Shown here piece after piece: positions 13,465-25,666 of a DNA stretch of 64,000 nt. A program made the translations under genes and the position numbers. Source of the DNA: Carcharhinus longimanus (lineage: Eukaryota). The DNA is taken from positions 96,169,805 to 96,233,804 of the forward strand of contig JASCQW010000162.1 in NCBI GenBank assembly GCA_030264375.1. The letters are read 5' to 3'. The notes under the pieces are model-generated. The model had not been told where the DNA came from and did no database searches. It worked only from the letters and a program-made list of their open reading frames with translations. The number at the start of each line of letters is the position of its first letter. Within the stretch, counting starts at the first letter, position 1.

Positions 13465-13939
13465 GTCACACTCACGTTTTCTAGCACAGATGACAAAAGA
13501 ACAATTAGGAGCTAAAATCCAAGGCAGTTTTCCTCTTCTTTTTTAAACAGAATTTTTTTATTTTCAATGTTTTACTCTATCCTTAAAGTTACAAAGCCAA
13601 TGCTCAGAATGGACCAGGCAAACCCAAATCCATTCATTGCTTACTTCAAAAACCAAATTCAAAATCCAATTCAGTCCAATTCAAGTCCCCCACAAGGGTG
13701 ACAGACAAGATCCAAGCTGGCAAGTTGGGGCACTGCACCCCTTCTTGGTCTTAATCTGATGCTTGTTCTACACATTGTAACATTTCACTGCCACCCCAGC
13801 TGAGAGTAGTTAACAAAGCACAGATATTAAATTTAGTGTCTTGCTTATCATCATCACCCAATAAATCTACCAGACTGATCTGAATCTCAATATGCTTTCT
13901 TTGAAAGTTTAAGTTAATTTTCTTAACTGTGATATGGGG

Positions 13940-15320
13940 GATGATCATACTCTTGTCTCTGAGACAGCAAGTTTTGGTTTCAAATCTCTTTCCAGAGATT
14001 TGAGCACAAAGCTCGACTGACACATCAGTGCAGTGCTGATGACATGCTGCACTGTCAAAGGTTTATCATCTGAGTGACGCATGAAAAATAGGATCTCATT
14101 TGACCTCTCAGTTCCATTTCAAAGATTGGGTGGTACTGTTCAAAGAAGGCCAGGGTATTACTCCCCCTGACTCAGCCAGTACTTTCCCCCTTTGGCCAAC
14201 ACCGTAAAGATACTAACTGCTTATTATCTCATTGCTGTCTGAGGACCTTGCTGTAAGCATTCACTTCCCTATATTGCAGCAAAGTTGATAGCAGGGATTC
14301 TCCCTGCCCACTGCTCAAGCAGCACAGCAGGCCAGAAGACATCAGCAGGAGGCATTTCGTGAGGGACACTGATCAAGAGTCTCCCAAGCGCTTTTTGTTA
14401 GCGCAATCAACTCTGTGTCGAAAATGGGCATGGAGCTGATTATCACATGGAAATGTCATTGAATTTGACATTTCCATATGATTACTGGGCCCGCTTGTGA
14501 TTCCCCACTGGGCAGTGCCAAGGGGGCAGGACCAGAGAGGGCCACACATTCTGGTGTGTGGGGCCTAAGGGCGGGGGTGCGATCAATGGGGGGGAATCTG
14601 CTGTCACTCTGCACTGGGATCAGTAGGAGAGGGAGGGAGGAGGCTATCGGGTCTGGCCGTGGGAAGTGGGATCACGACTGGCCATCAGGAGGTTGGCAGA
14701 GGGGAACAGTGGTGAAGGCGAGGGAGTGGAGGGGCAGCAATGAAGGTGGGGGGGGGGGGTGGGAGGCGTAGATTGCAGATGGTCCAGGGGTGGGAGATTG
14801 GGGCTGGCCTGGGGATGGGTCCAGTTGGCCAGCGATCGGAGGGGAGGAATGCCGAGGAGGCCAGCAAGAAGAGGGGTTGTGGGGTTTGGGGGGGGTGTCA
14901 GAAGGCTGGGGGGAGGGGGGGGGGGGGGTGTCAGGAGGCCAGTGATTGGGAGGCCAGTGATTGGAAGGCCAGTGTGCATGCACCGATCTCTGTGCTGACA
15001 GATCGGCACATATATAATTTAATTGATCAATTTAGTTTAAAACAAGGAGCACAAATTTAATATTTACATTGTAAAAAAATCTCAGCACTATGTTGCCAGC
15101 CTCTAGGACGTGATGAGGCCCCACCCACCACTTTTCAGAGTGAATCACGCTGAGGCATTCTGCATTGCACTGAGTGCAGGAGGTTCTCCAGCTTTCCTGC
15201 CCGCTGGGCACTTAGTTTTGTTTTAGGAGAATCCCTGTCTATATCTCAAAATTGCATCTCTGGCTATGGAAGTATTTGGGACATCCCAAGGTTGTGCAAT
15301 AAATGAATGTTCTTTCTTTT
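13940..15320 (+). mobile_element. DeuSINE (SacSINE1-like), split by a Harbinger MITE
   Basis: Head and Deu domain 13940-14290 (gagcacaaa..ctgacac..cagtgcagtgctga..gcactgtc..ttatctcattgctg); tail resumes ~15241 (tggcta..tttgggacatcc..gttgtg). Confidence 0.7.
14292..15237. mobile_element. Non-autonomous PIF/Harbinger-type element with G-rich interior
   Basis: Terminal inverted repeats CAGGGATTCTCC ... GGAGAATCCCTG; the host SINE continues on both sides. Confidence 0.7.
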
Positions 15321-15807
15321 CTGCTTTGATAACTAAGGAACACAGCAAAAACTTTCTCTAACAGTAGGGGGCATTGCAGGATAAGAACAACAAACCAATG
15401 GAACTAACTGTTAAAACAAGGGATTAAAAAAGAACCTGTATGCCTTAAATGAGAAAAGTTCTATTCTGGGCATTATCGTCATTCCGCAGAAAAATGTCAT
15501 TGGAATATAAATGGTAACATTCTGGTAGATAGCAATTCTGGCTGACGTCCTCAGGCCATTTACTGATTAACTCTTTTCTTTCTGGTTTCTGCAACACTGG
15601 GGTAAAGGTTCCAGCAGTCACAGCAGGAACGATCCCACCACAGACTGTGGGAAGGACAAGTTCAATGGTATCACATTAGCATGGGGCTGTTGCCACATTC
15701 ACACTGAAGCCTGTGTATCTTAGACACCACCTGGCCTATGTTGGCAGCAACTCCAGCAGCAAGAAGCAGACTGTGTGTCTGTGAGGAAGAAGCCCCTTGT
15801 TCCACCT

Positions 15808-16400
15808 TAGAACATAGAACATATAACACTACAGCACAAACAGGCCCTTCGGCCCACAAATTGCGCCGATCTTACCCATACCTACCAGGCCATAGAACTA
15901 TCTATAACTCTCAATCCCATTAAATCCCATGTACTCATCCAGACGTCTCTTAAAAGACCCCNNNNNNNNNNNNNNNNNNNNNNNNNNNNNNNNNNNNNNN
16001 NNNNNNNNNNNNNNNNNNNNNNNNNNNNNNNNNNNNNNNNNNNNNNNNNNNNNNNNNNNNNTGCTGAAGTCCATGTAAACCACATCCACCGCTCTTCCTT
16101 TGTCAATGTGTTCAGTCACATTTTCAAAGAACTCAACTTGGCTCGTAAGACACGACCTGCCCTTGTCAAAGCCGTGCTAACTATTTCTGATCATACTAAA
16201 CTTCTCTAAATGTTCATAAATCCTGTCCCTCAGAATCCTCTCCATCAACTTACAATGGAATAGCTTTTCATAGGCATCAAGGGGTATGGGCAGAGCTGGA
16301 GTATGGTGCTGAGATAGAGGATTAGCCACAATCATACTGAATGGCAAAACAATTCAAAGGGTCAAATGGCCTACTCTTCCTTTTAGTCTCTATGTTTCTA
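15808..16400 (-). mobile_element. CR1 fragments (minus-strand tail and RT around a gap; short plus-strand tail 16270-16400)
   Basis: IDKGRAVDVVYMDFS RT motif; (agaacat)n tail. Confidence 0.75.
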
Positions 16401-16829
16401 TCTGACAGTTACCGACTATTACAATTTGTTATTGTAGTAATAACCTTCTCCAGAGACACTATACTTCAACCACCTGCCCCCACCCTCCACCCAACCCACT
16501 TGATACCCTGTGTAAGAGTGCAACAACAAACATTTGAAGAATACCTGACCATCTTTGGCAGTCCAGCAGTACAGTTAATTTCCTCCACAAATGCTGTCAG
16601 ACCGGCTGAGATTTTCCAGCATTTTCTGGTTTTGTCGTTGTGATTAATTCTCAAATGTACTCTGAAATGGCACCTGAAAGCCATTCAATTCAAGGGGAAT
16701 TAAAGATGGGCGGTAAATGCTGGTCTTGCCAGCAACACCCAAATCCTATAAAATAGATTCTTTAAGATCCCAGATAACTTTATTCAGTTTGGGTCTTCGA
16801 TTTTATGGTCGGGGGTCCTGTGTTTTATA

Positions 16830-17400
16830 AATAGTGGCATGGAGTACAAAAGCCAGGAGGATGTGCTTAGCTTATGTAAAGCATTAGTTCAGCCCTGGCC
16901 AGAGTATTGTGTCCACAATTTAGGAAGGTACGAATGCTTTGGAGAGAGTACAGAAGAGATTAACCCAAACGCTTTCAAGGATCATGGATTATAGTTACGT
17001 AGATGGACAGGAGAAGTTGAGCTTGGTCTCCTGGCAAGGATAAGAGGAGATTGCTGGAGTTGTCTAAAACATAAAGGGTTTAAATAGAATAAATGTAGAG
17101 AACTGTTTCCAATGGCTGAATGATCGATAAGCAATGGAAACAGATTTAAGATGATTGGCAAAGAATCAGAGGCGACATGAAATCTTTATGCAAAAATGGG
17201 TGGAATTTGGAATGCGCTACCTGATACCACAGCAGATACAGATTCTATAACTGTATTCAAAGGGGAATTGGATAAATACTTAAAAATCTTGGAGGCATAT
17301 GGGCAAGTGTGGGATATAGGATTAGTGATTGTTCTTTGACACAGCCAGCACGGACCAATGGGCTAAATGGTCTTCTTCTGCTATGCTATTCTATGACTCT
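16830..17400 (+). mobile_element. CR1 LINE 3' end
   Basis: Degenerate LYKALV.P..EYCV..ALERVQKR and 3'UTR ending ctatgactct. Confidence 0.7.
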
Positions 17401-17462
17401 ATAGTAAAGATCAACTCCGGGCAGTATCTTAAGCCCGTATTCGCTGTCTGTGAAGTTGCTAG

Positions 17463-18350
17463 CAGGGCTCAATATCCGGAAGTCACAGTTCGCACTGGTG
17501 AGAACACAACTTCAGATCTTCCCCACCCCTTGCTGGCAACATCATCAGGTTCACGACTATGCTGGACATGAACCTGATTTACATGGATTTCTATTCATTT
17601 CAATATTATTAACCCACCCCCCTGCCATACCTTGATGCCTCATCATAATCTTCACATTGTGCTGATGTGTAAAACAGGTTCACACAGACATGAACTTGCT
17701 ATGGGGGTCTCCGTAGGGGTGCAAAGGTGATTATAGCCCCTGCAGGACAAGGGACATGGCCAGGCAGTGCCCTGGCAATGCCCCCTGGCAGTGCCCTTGG
17801 CATAGGTTGGCACTACCAGGGTGGCACTGTNNNNNNNNNNNNNNNNNNNNNNNNNNNNNNNNNNNNNNNNNNNNNNNNNNNNNNNNNNNNNNNNNNNNNN
17901 NNNNNNNNNNNNNNNNNNNNNNNNNNNNNNNNNNNNNNNNNNNNNNNNNNNNNNNNNNNNNNNNNNNNNNNNNNNNNNNNNNNNNNNNNNNNNNNNNNNN
18001 NNNNNGGGGGGGAAATAGCTGGAGTGAATGATAGCTCCAATTGGGGGTGTGGAGGGGAAACCCTGAGGCCTCCTTGGTGGAGTGGGGAGGGTTTATTGCA
18101 GTTCGGATCAGGGCACCCTTTCAAGATGGTGCCCGGTCTCTGAGCAGCTGGATTTTGCCAACGTGTTTAGGCCCTGCCCTCCTGTATGAGGTGTGAATCA
18201 CACCTCTTGATTTTCTTTGGCAGACTGTCATAGAATCTGGAGAGAAAACCAAACGGTTTGTCAGTAGAGAAAACCAACCAGTTTCTCTGGAGAGAAATAC
18301 ATTGGCTTCTCTCGCCAGAAACAACACTATGTCATTTTTTGGGAAGGTTT
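17463..18350. mobile_element. Harbinger-type non-autonomous element
   Basis: GC-rich interior with ggcagtgccc repeats like 14292-15237; contains a gap. Confidence 0.45.
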
Positions 18351-19799
18351 ACAAATCAGGAGATTCTGTCAAAAGTGCTGTTACTGACAAAATGCAAATG
18401 GGCAAATCTCCCATTGTGAACATGAAACATGGAGTTCACAGCATCAGCAGCACATAATTACATTTATTGAAAAGCATGAAAATTTGATTTTTTCCACAGC
18501 ATGTAAGCACATAAATATTGTTAGTGTGAATAATCAAATGAAAATGACAACAGTGGGTTCAATTTCTTCTGTAATTACTATAACATTAACCAAACCTACC
18601 AAAATCAATGATTTATTTTTAATCGCTAACCCTTCTTAGGTTTTACTGTGGATTTTCAATGACAACATATCAGGAATAACAAGTAATTGAATAAAACTTA
18701 AATATGAATTAATACAGCACTACTGCTCTATGATGGAGCCTTGAGCAAATGGAGCATGTGGTTTAGCAGGAAGCTTGGGTTCAAGGTTTTATGATCATTC
18801 TGCAGTCTGAACAGTAAGCTGATCTCACTCAGGATAGCTGCAGTTCAGCTACATTAATTCCAATGTTGCATAGCCTTCTTCCTAGACCTGCCCATGAAGA
18901 ATCAGATGCCAGAAGTGCCTGCACATGTGAACTGTAGCTCAACTCAGAGTCTAAAGGAGAAAGACAGAGGGAAATTGTGGTTAAATAGAAGTACACTCAA
19001 CATTCACCATTATGTTGCATGCAAGGACATTAGGCATGAATAACACATGATCAAGGTACAGCAGTTTGCACAGACTGTAATCGTAAGGCCTGTGCTATGT
19101 TAATTACATATGTTCAATATGTCAATGATTGTCCCCGAATCATTAAAAATGTTTCTGCTCCTGCTTCTAGTTTCTAAAGCTCTAGGGTCTAAAGGGATCA
19201 AAGGGTATGGGGGAAAGGGGGGATCAGGATATTCGATGATTAGCCGCGATTATAATGAATGGTGGAGCAGGCTCAAAACGCCAAATGGCCTACTCCTGCT
19301 TCTATGTTTCAAAACAATTAGATTCTATATGATAAACCTTCTTGGTTTCGAGAAAGTAACAAGTCAAGTATTTCGGATTTCAGAATTCCCGAAGTAATTT
19401 GACCAAGTTCAACATGAAAGGCTACTGGTGACAGTCAAGTAATGAGGATTCACCATAATTATTGAGAACTGAGAAGAAATGACTAAAGGGTAGAAAATAA
19501 TGAGCATGCACAGATGTGTGTATGGGGGCAGGCATTGTAAGGCAACATGTTTGATAGTACTGAGCAGCGAGCTCCGTGTTGGAACCACCACTATTTGTAA
19601 TGTACATAATTGATTTTGATTTAACAACTTGGGACAGCAAACAAAGACAGCTTTGCCATTGTCACCTATATTCCCCCCCCAAAAAAGTATGACCACTACC
19701 ATGAATCTAATAGCGCTCAACGTTAAAACTTTACTTGTGGTGACTAGATGCACAAGTATTCCTACACCTTGCCTTGAAAATACAACATTTTCTCAGTCA

Positions 19800-19977
19800 T
19801 TTCCAAAGATGTGTGGGTTAGGTGGATTGGCCATGCTAAATTGCCCCTTAGTGTCAGGGGGAACCAGCTAAGGTAAATGCATGGGGTTACAGGGTAGGGG
19901 CCAGGTGGAATTGTGGTTGGTGCAGATTCGATGGGCTGAATGGCCTCCTTCTGCATTCTAGGATTCTATGATTCTAC
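19800..19977 (+). mobile_element. HE1 SINE 3' half
   Basis: ccaaagatgtgtgggttaggtggattggccatgctaaattgcccc...(attctatg) tail. Confidence 0.85.
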
Positions 19978-22532
19978 AGTGTCAAAATTAGGAAAACATC
20001 TTGCTAATGTTTAATAATGATCTTGCTGCTTTGTACAAATTAAACTTTTCAATTCATACGGAATTATTAAGTGAATGCAAATGTTCAGTTTTTTTTTGTT
20101 TAAATTTATTTTGTTTTATCAGCAAGTTAATGCCAATAACTAAAAATATGTATCCTCAGGTTGAAGATGTCACAGTGCCAATGCATAAGCTATTGAAGGG
20201 CATTTTATTGGATAGAATTCAATAAAATCAAATAGATACTGGGGACTAGCCAAGTGCTAAGCAAATGATGTGGAAGTTTTGTGGTATTCATAAAAATGGC
20301 TTTACTTCTCCACCATTTCACCAGAAATACATATGGATGCATACAAATTTTAGGCCTTGAGTCTAGCCATATTTATTTTTAGATGAAGACTTGTACAAGT
20401 AATTGTCCGTGTCTAACATTTATCTTCTATATTTATTCTTTGTCTCTGATTCCTTTGTTTTCCTATCCTATAAGGTGTATTCAATCAAAGCATTAATAGT
20501 TAAGGTAACTGCACCTTGGAGCAGCTCCTGAGATCTCATTGAGTGACGTCAATCATTATTCTTGCATGATATACCTTCCTCTAAATTCATATCAACATGT
20601 TAAAGCCCATATCCCTCTGGCTCCACTCAATACTACTAAATTCACAATCATTGTATAATCACATGATTAAATAAAACTCCCCCCTCTAAAAGAGTACCTT
20701 GAAATGAAAATTGATTTTAATACAAGTCAAATTTCCTCATAATTCTCAAAGGTTCCACTCAGTGTGCTGTGAGATTATTTTAATTAATGGCTTTATAAAT
20801 ATTGCCTTAGCATAGTAATCATTCATCGCACAAGAAAAGCTGGTGTGAATTTCATTCCTCTATTATAAAATGTATGAAGTCAGTATGATAGAAACCCAGT
20901 AGTTCCTGCTTAAATATTCATTCCATGTAAGACAGCAGTGAAGGTATAGAAGTGTTAATATTGATATAACATAACTCGTGTGTGTGTGTGTGTGTACGCG
21001 CGCAGATGTGTTTGCAAGTTTGATTGCATGCATTAGTTTTTGGAAATTTTGTGGAGAAAGGCTGATGGAGCAATAAAGAAGTTAAAAGTATTGAACTATG
21101 TTGTCTCTGTTGAACAAACCTCATCTCTGTGAATTTACCAACAGGTGAAAAAAATATAGTGATAAAACTATGTACTGTCAATTCCAGAGTTAATTCAAGA
21201 AAAGTAGAGAACTAAAAAGAATGGAACTTGCTTGAAAGATTCTATAAAACCACAGACACTTTTTGCAGCAAGAGTGGTTGAATGCTCTTTACATTTTCCA
21301 GCCTTTCTGAGCAGATTCATTGGATAAAGTTTGGTGTGACCATTTGGATATAGTGGGCACTGGTACAATGTTGCTGAAACATATGTATCAAACACTCAAG
21401 GAATCTACTGCACACCTAATCAAATGACCAATACCATTTCCCTCATCACAAAATTGGATGTATCCTACTCTCCACCAAAAAAAATGCTGTTTTCAATTTC
21501 AAAAATATAAAATTATCTGTACCTTAGAAATTTACTGTAATAATGGGAAGAAAAACAATTTTATCTATAATGTTACTGTTTTTATATGATGACACAGATT
21601 GCAATGAATCTGTTAATATTGAATTTGACAAAATAACACATGCATTTATATATCACATATACTTGATTTCACAACCATTGCAGGTTTATAACAAAAATAT
21701 TCCCAATTTATTAAATTAGTCCCATTTCTGAGACATAATAATAGCTGGAGGTTGCCTGCATCGCCATTCAGTATTGGCAAAGGCAAGATAGATAAAACTA
21801 GTTAACCCTTTAAAGGAAAATTTAAGCATATCNNNNNNNNNNNNNNNNNNNNNNNNNNNNNNNNNNNNNNNNNNNNNNNNNNNNNNNNNNNNNNNNNNNN
21901 NNNNNNNNNNNNNNNNNNNNNNNNNNNNNNNNTTAACCCTTTAAAGGAAAATTTAAGCATATCACACCCACGGAGAATAATGAATTTGGTCACTTTTTTT
22001 TCAAAGAAAACCCTTACAAATGCCTACAGTTCAGAAAATTTCTAGCATTCTAACAGTACAGGTGTTTGGTAAATTATTTCTCACACATATGAACTCCTAT
22101 ACCATTTCTCAATGACAGGAAGGAAAGCTAGACTGTATGTGTACAAGGACTGGGAAGGCTGTTTTGGATGAATAGTGGAGGCATTAGTAGAGTAGAATAG
22201 AATATCATTGTCCATACAAAAGTCGAGATTTGTCTTTGGCATGTCCTCCTCTTTAACATATAATCATACAGTTATTAGTTTAAAAAATGAATATTTCATG
22301 TATACATACATTCATACATTTATGCATTTATAGCATACATCCCTACCATATCTCCCCTTTAAGAGGTCCGGGCTGCATTTAAGTAGCGGTGGTCACAATA
22401 ATATCAGGCCACTGATGATGTACGTAGCAGTGNNNNNNNNNNNNNNNNNNNNNNNNNNNNNNNNNNNNNNNNNNNNNNNNNNNNNNNNNNNNNNNNNNNN
22501 NNNNNNNNNNNNNNNNNNNNNNNNNNNNNNNN

Positions 22533-22911
22533 CAACCCCATCTCCAACCCCATCTCCACCTCCATCTCCAACATCCTCTCAAGCCTCATCTCAAGCCCCA
22601 TCTCCAACCCCATCTCGACCCCCATCTCCAACCCCATCTCCAACCCCATCTCCAAACCCATCTCCAAACCCCATCTCCAGTTCCATCTCCAAACCCTATT
22701 TCCATTCCATCTTCAGCCCCATCTCCAACCCCATCTCCAAACCCATCTCTAAACCCCATCTCCAAACCCCATCTCCAAACCCCATCTCTAACTCCATCTC
22801 CAGCCCCATCTCCAACCCCATCTCCAACTTCCACTCCAAACTCATCACAAACCCCATCTCATATCTAATCTCCAATCTAATTTCCAACCTCATCTCCAAC
22901 CCCATCTCCAA
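22533..22911. repeat. 12-bp minisatellite (CCCCATCTCCAA)n
   Basis: Roughly 30 imperfect copies; starts in a gap and runs directly into an HE1 3' half. Confidence 0.95.
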
Positions 22912-23072
22912 AGATGTGTGGGTAAGATTGATCAGCCATGCTAAATTGCCCCTTAGTGTCAGGGGATTACAGGGTAAATACATGGGAATACAGGGCTAGG
23001 GCGTAGGTGGGATTGTTTTTGGCGCAGGCTCGATGGGCTGAATGGCCTTCTTCTGCACAGTAGGGATTCTAT
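22908..23072 (+). mobile_element. HE1 SINE 3' half
   Basis: ccaaagatgtgtgggt..catgctaaattgccccttagtgtc..gggattctatg. Confidence 0.85.
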
Positions 23073-23539
23073 GGTCATATGAAAGGCATGGACGAGAGTT
23101 TCAGCTGCAGCTGAGCTGAGGCCGGGGGCTGAAGCCGGGTGATGTTACAGAGATGAGTAGTGGACAAATTAGATGCAGACTGATGAACAAAGTATAATCA
23201 GGAGGCAGACAATTTGATCACTCACAGCATTTCCTATAGATGTCAGCTTAGCCAATATCCTGTCATGTTGCACTTGGTCAAAAGCTATAAATCAAGTTGA
23301 ATAGGCAGGTGACTTAATGACATTGGAGCTGTGTAAGTACATTAGGAAGAACAAATGATGGTGTTAAGGATTTTCTTGCATTCACCAGACAGCCAAGTGA
23401 AAAGACAGCTCAATGCATTTCCAATTTCGTATGTCAGCCTGCATATAGATGAAAATAATTAATTCTCATCCCTTTAGTTATGCAGGTTCTTACACCTCCT
23501 TCAATTACAATCAAATATCATGAACACTATCGACTGCCA

Positions 23540-23865
23540 GTGCATAGCATCCCTACAGTGCAAAAGGAGGCCATTCAGCCCATTGAGTCTGCACTGACAA
23601 CAATCCCACCCATGCCCTATCCCTGTAACCCTACATATTCACTATGGCTTATCCATCTAACCCACACATTGCAGGACACCAAGGGGAAATTTAGTATGGC
23701 TAATCAACCAAACCTGCATATCTTTCGGACTGCAGGAGGAAACTGGGGCACCAGGAGGAAACGCACACAGATACGGAGAGAATGTGCAAACTCCACGCAG
23801 ACAGTGACCCAAGCCGGGAATCAAACCCAGGTCCCTGGAGCTGTGAAGCATCAGTGCTGACCACT
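23540..23865 (-). mobile_element. HE1/V-SINE
   Basis: Reverse-complement V-domain and tRNA-like head. Confidence 0.9.
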
Positions 23866-25189
23866 GGGATTGTTGTTGGTGCAAGATAACCGTGTTAGCC
23901 TCAGAGACAAACATTACAATTGGCATTTTATTTTGCAAGGTTTGTCTCAAAATAGCTCGTACTTTCAAACAGGGAAATCTAAAATAAACAAGCCATCTCT
24001 TTAAAAATGTAATCACACATTGTGTCTGCAGTCCTTCCTGCCACCGCGAGTTAGCTGATGAATTCGCAGCTTTAAAACCCTGCCACTGCTCTGAAAAATT
24101 TACAATCAAAGCCAGCTGCTTTCGTGAATTTTTAATGGCACTTTTCTACCTATCAATACCCGTTTGTAACCACATTTAGTAAGTCACTTCTTCCCCCACT
24201 ATGTTGTATGCCTCGCCACCACGGCCAGTCAGAACAGAGAATTTGGCACTCAGCCAAATCTCCACTCACAGCAGGAAGACTGGAGATTCCTAGCCTCGGG
24301 TGAGGTCAGAGAATTCCAGCCTTGGTCTTTCGTGGACGTTGACAAGGTGAATTGGCTACCTGTCGTTGTCAAGTGGCTAGCGCTGCCACGACACCCCTAA
24401 ATCCTGCCTCGGGGAAATGGCTAGGGATGGGATGGAGCCAGGGAATTAATCAGCAGCGGAAAAGTCCACATCAATCCATCTTTCTGCCCACCTTCATCTC
24501 AGAGTTCTTCGGCGGTGGATGTAGTAGGTCGATAATGCTCATTTGGATGCTGTATCTAGTTGAACAAAGAAATGCCGTCTTGTGCAATGAGTCAACTTGT
24601 CTTTGCCATTAGAAATACCTGGATTAAAGCACTCAGCGTCATTCATCACAATCCACATGAACATGACACTGAGACAATTGTAATCTCTTGATATTTGTCA
24701 GTGCATGTGCAATGTGTTGTGTTGGATCATCTCCCACATATATCTGTATATGCATATGTACAAATATGATACAAAAGATTGAATGATATCTGACAACTTT
24801 GCGAAGGTGTATTTGGTTTTTGACTTATAGATCAAAAACCAAATATAGATGTTAACCAGCTTCACCATCTCCAGCCCCATCAATTGGTTTTGAAATATAG
24901 ATGTTAACTGGCTTCACCACAACAAAAAGAAACATCTTGAAGATGAATCACTCGGATGCCGCAAGATGTTCCATAGGTATTGTTGTACATAAATTCAAGT
25001 GCTTCAGGAGTATTAGAAACAGGTTTTTACAAAAATGGGCGGCATGGACAAGTTGGGCCAAAGGGCCTGTTTCCATGCTGTAAACCGCTATGACTCTATA
25101 CATATGTGCACACAAACACTTAACGGACCCTCAGTCCATTAGAATAGTGTTAGTTTATACATCAGTGTCTTTTTTTTTGGTGGAATATG

Positions 25190-25412
25190 GATTCAATTAA
25201 AAAAAAATTGGAATTAAGAACCTATTGGTGATCACGAATCCATTGCAGTTCATTTGGCTCATTAATGTCCCTTTTAGGGAGGGAAATCTGCCCTCCTTAC
25301 CCCGTTCTGGCCTACATGTGACTCCAGAGACACTGCAATGTGGTTGACTCAACTGCTTCTCCAAGGGCAACTAGGGATGGGCTCACAGCCAGCGACACCC
25401 ATGTCCCACAGA
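25190..25412 (+). mobile_element. tRNA-derived shark SINE (second family), 3' part
   Basis: ttagggagggaaatctgcc..ctggcctacatgtgactccagag..ggcaactagggatggg, shared with 30064, 54018 and 58695. Confidence 0.8.
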
Positions 25413-25535
25413 TAGGGAGGAATAGAAGAGCCTCTCTCCCCAATTAAAGGCTCGCTTTGAGTCCAACACCAAGCGGCCCAACCCTGTGGAGGCAGCCGGG
25501 GGGGCGGGCCGCACTCTGCTGCCTTTGGCACTCAC

Positions 25536-25666
25536 CTCCTGCAACTTCTCGTTGTCCTTGGCTTCCTCCAGCCAGCACTGCAGGAGAGGCTTCAGCTTAC
25601 ACATGTTCTTGTAGCTCAGCTGGAGAGCTTCGAACCTGCAGATGGTCGTCTGGCTAAACATCTTGC
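25536..25666 (-). CDS. POU5F1: Isolated class V POU (POU5F1/OCT4-like) exon 3: C-terminal half of POU-specific domain plus start of linker; may be a duplicated pseudo-exon
   Basis: Translation (G)[43 protein letters not shown] matches POU5F1 exon 3 ([44 protein letters not shown]). Acceptor ttctttttgttgtccccaccaccccccccccAG|GC, donor GAG|GTGAGT; 131 bp, phase 1/0 as in POU5F1 exon 3. WLEEA..NE.LQE looks closer to POU5F1 than POU5F3, but paralog identity is an inference. Confidence 0.85.

Noticed and set aside
14478-15060. Gly/Pro-rich ORFs
   Set aside because: G-rich interior of a non-autonomous Harbinger element.
21802-21963. 31-bp direct repeat flanking a gap
   Set aside because: Same contig-overlap artefact.
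22379-22999. Low-complexity ORFs (MEMGLE, PSPTP repeats)
   Set aside because: Translations of the 12-bp minisatellite and N gap.
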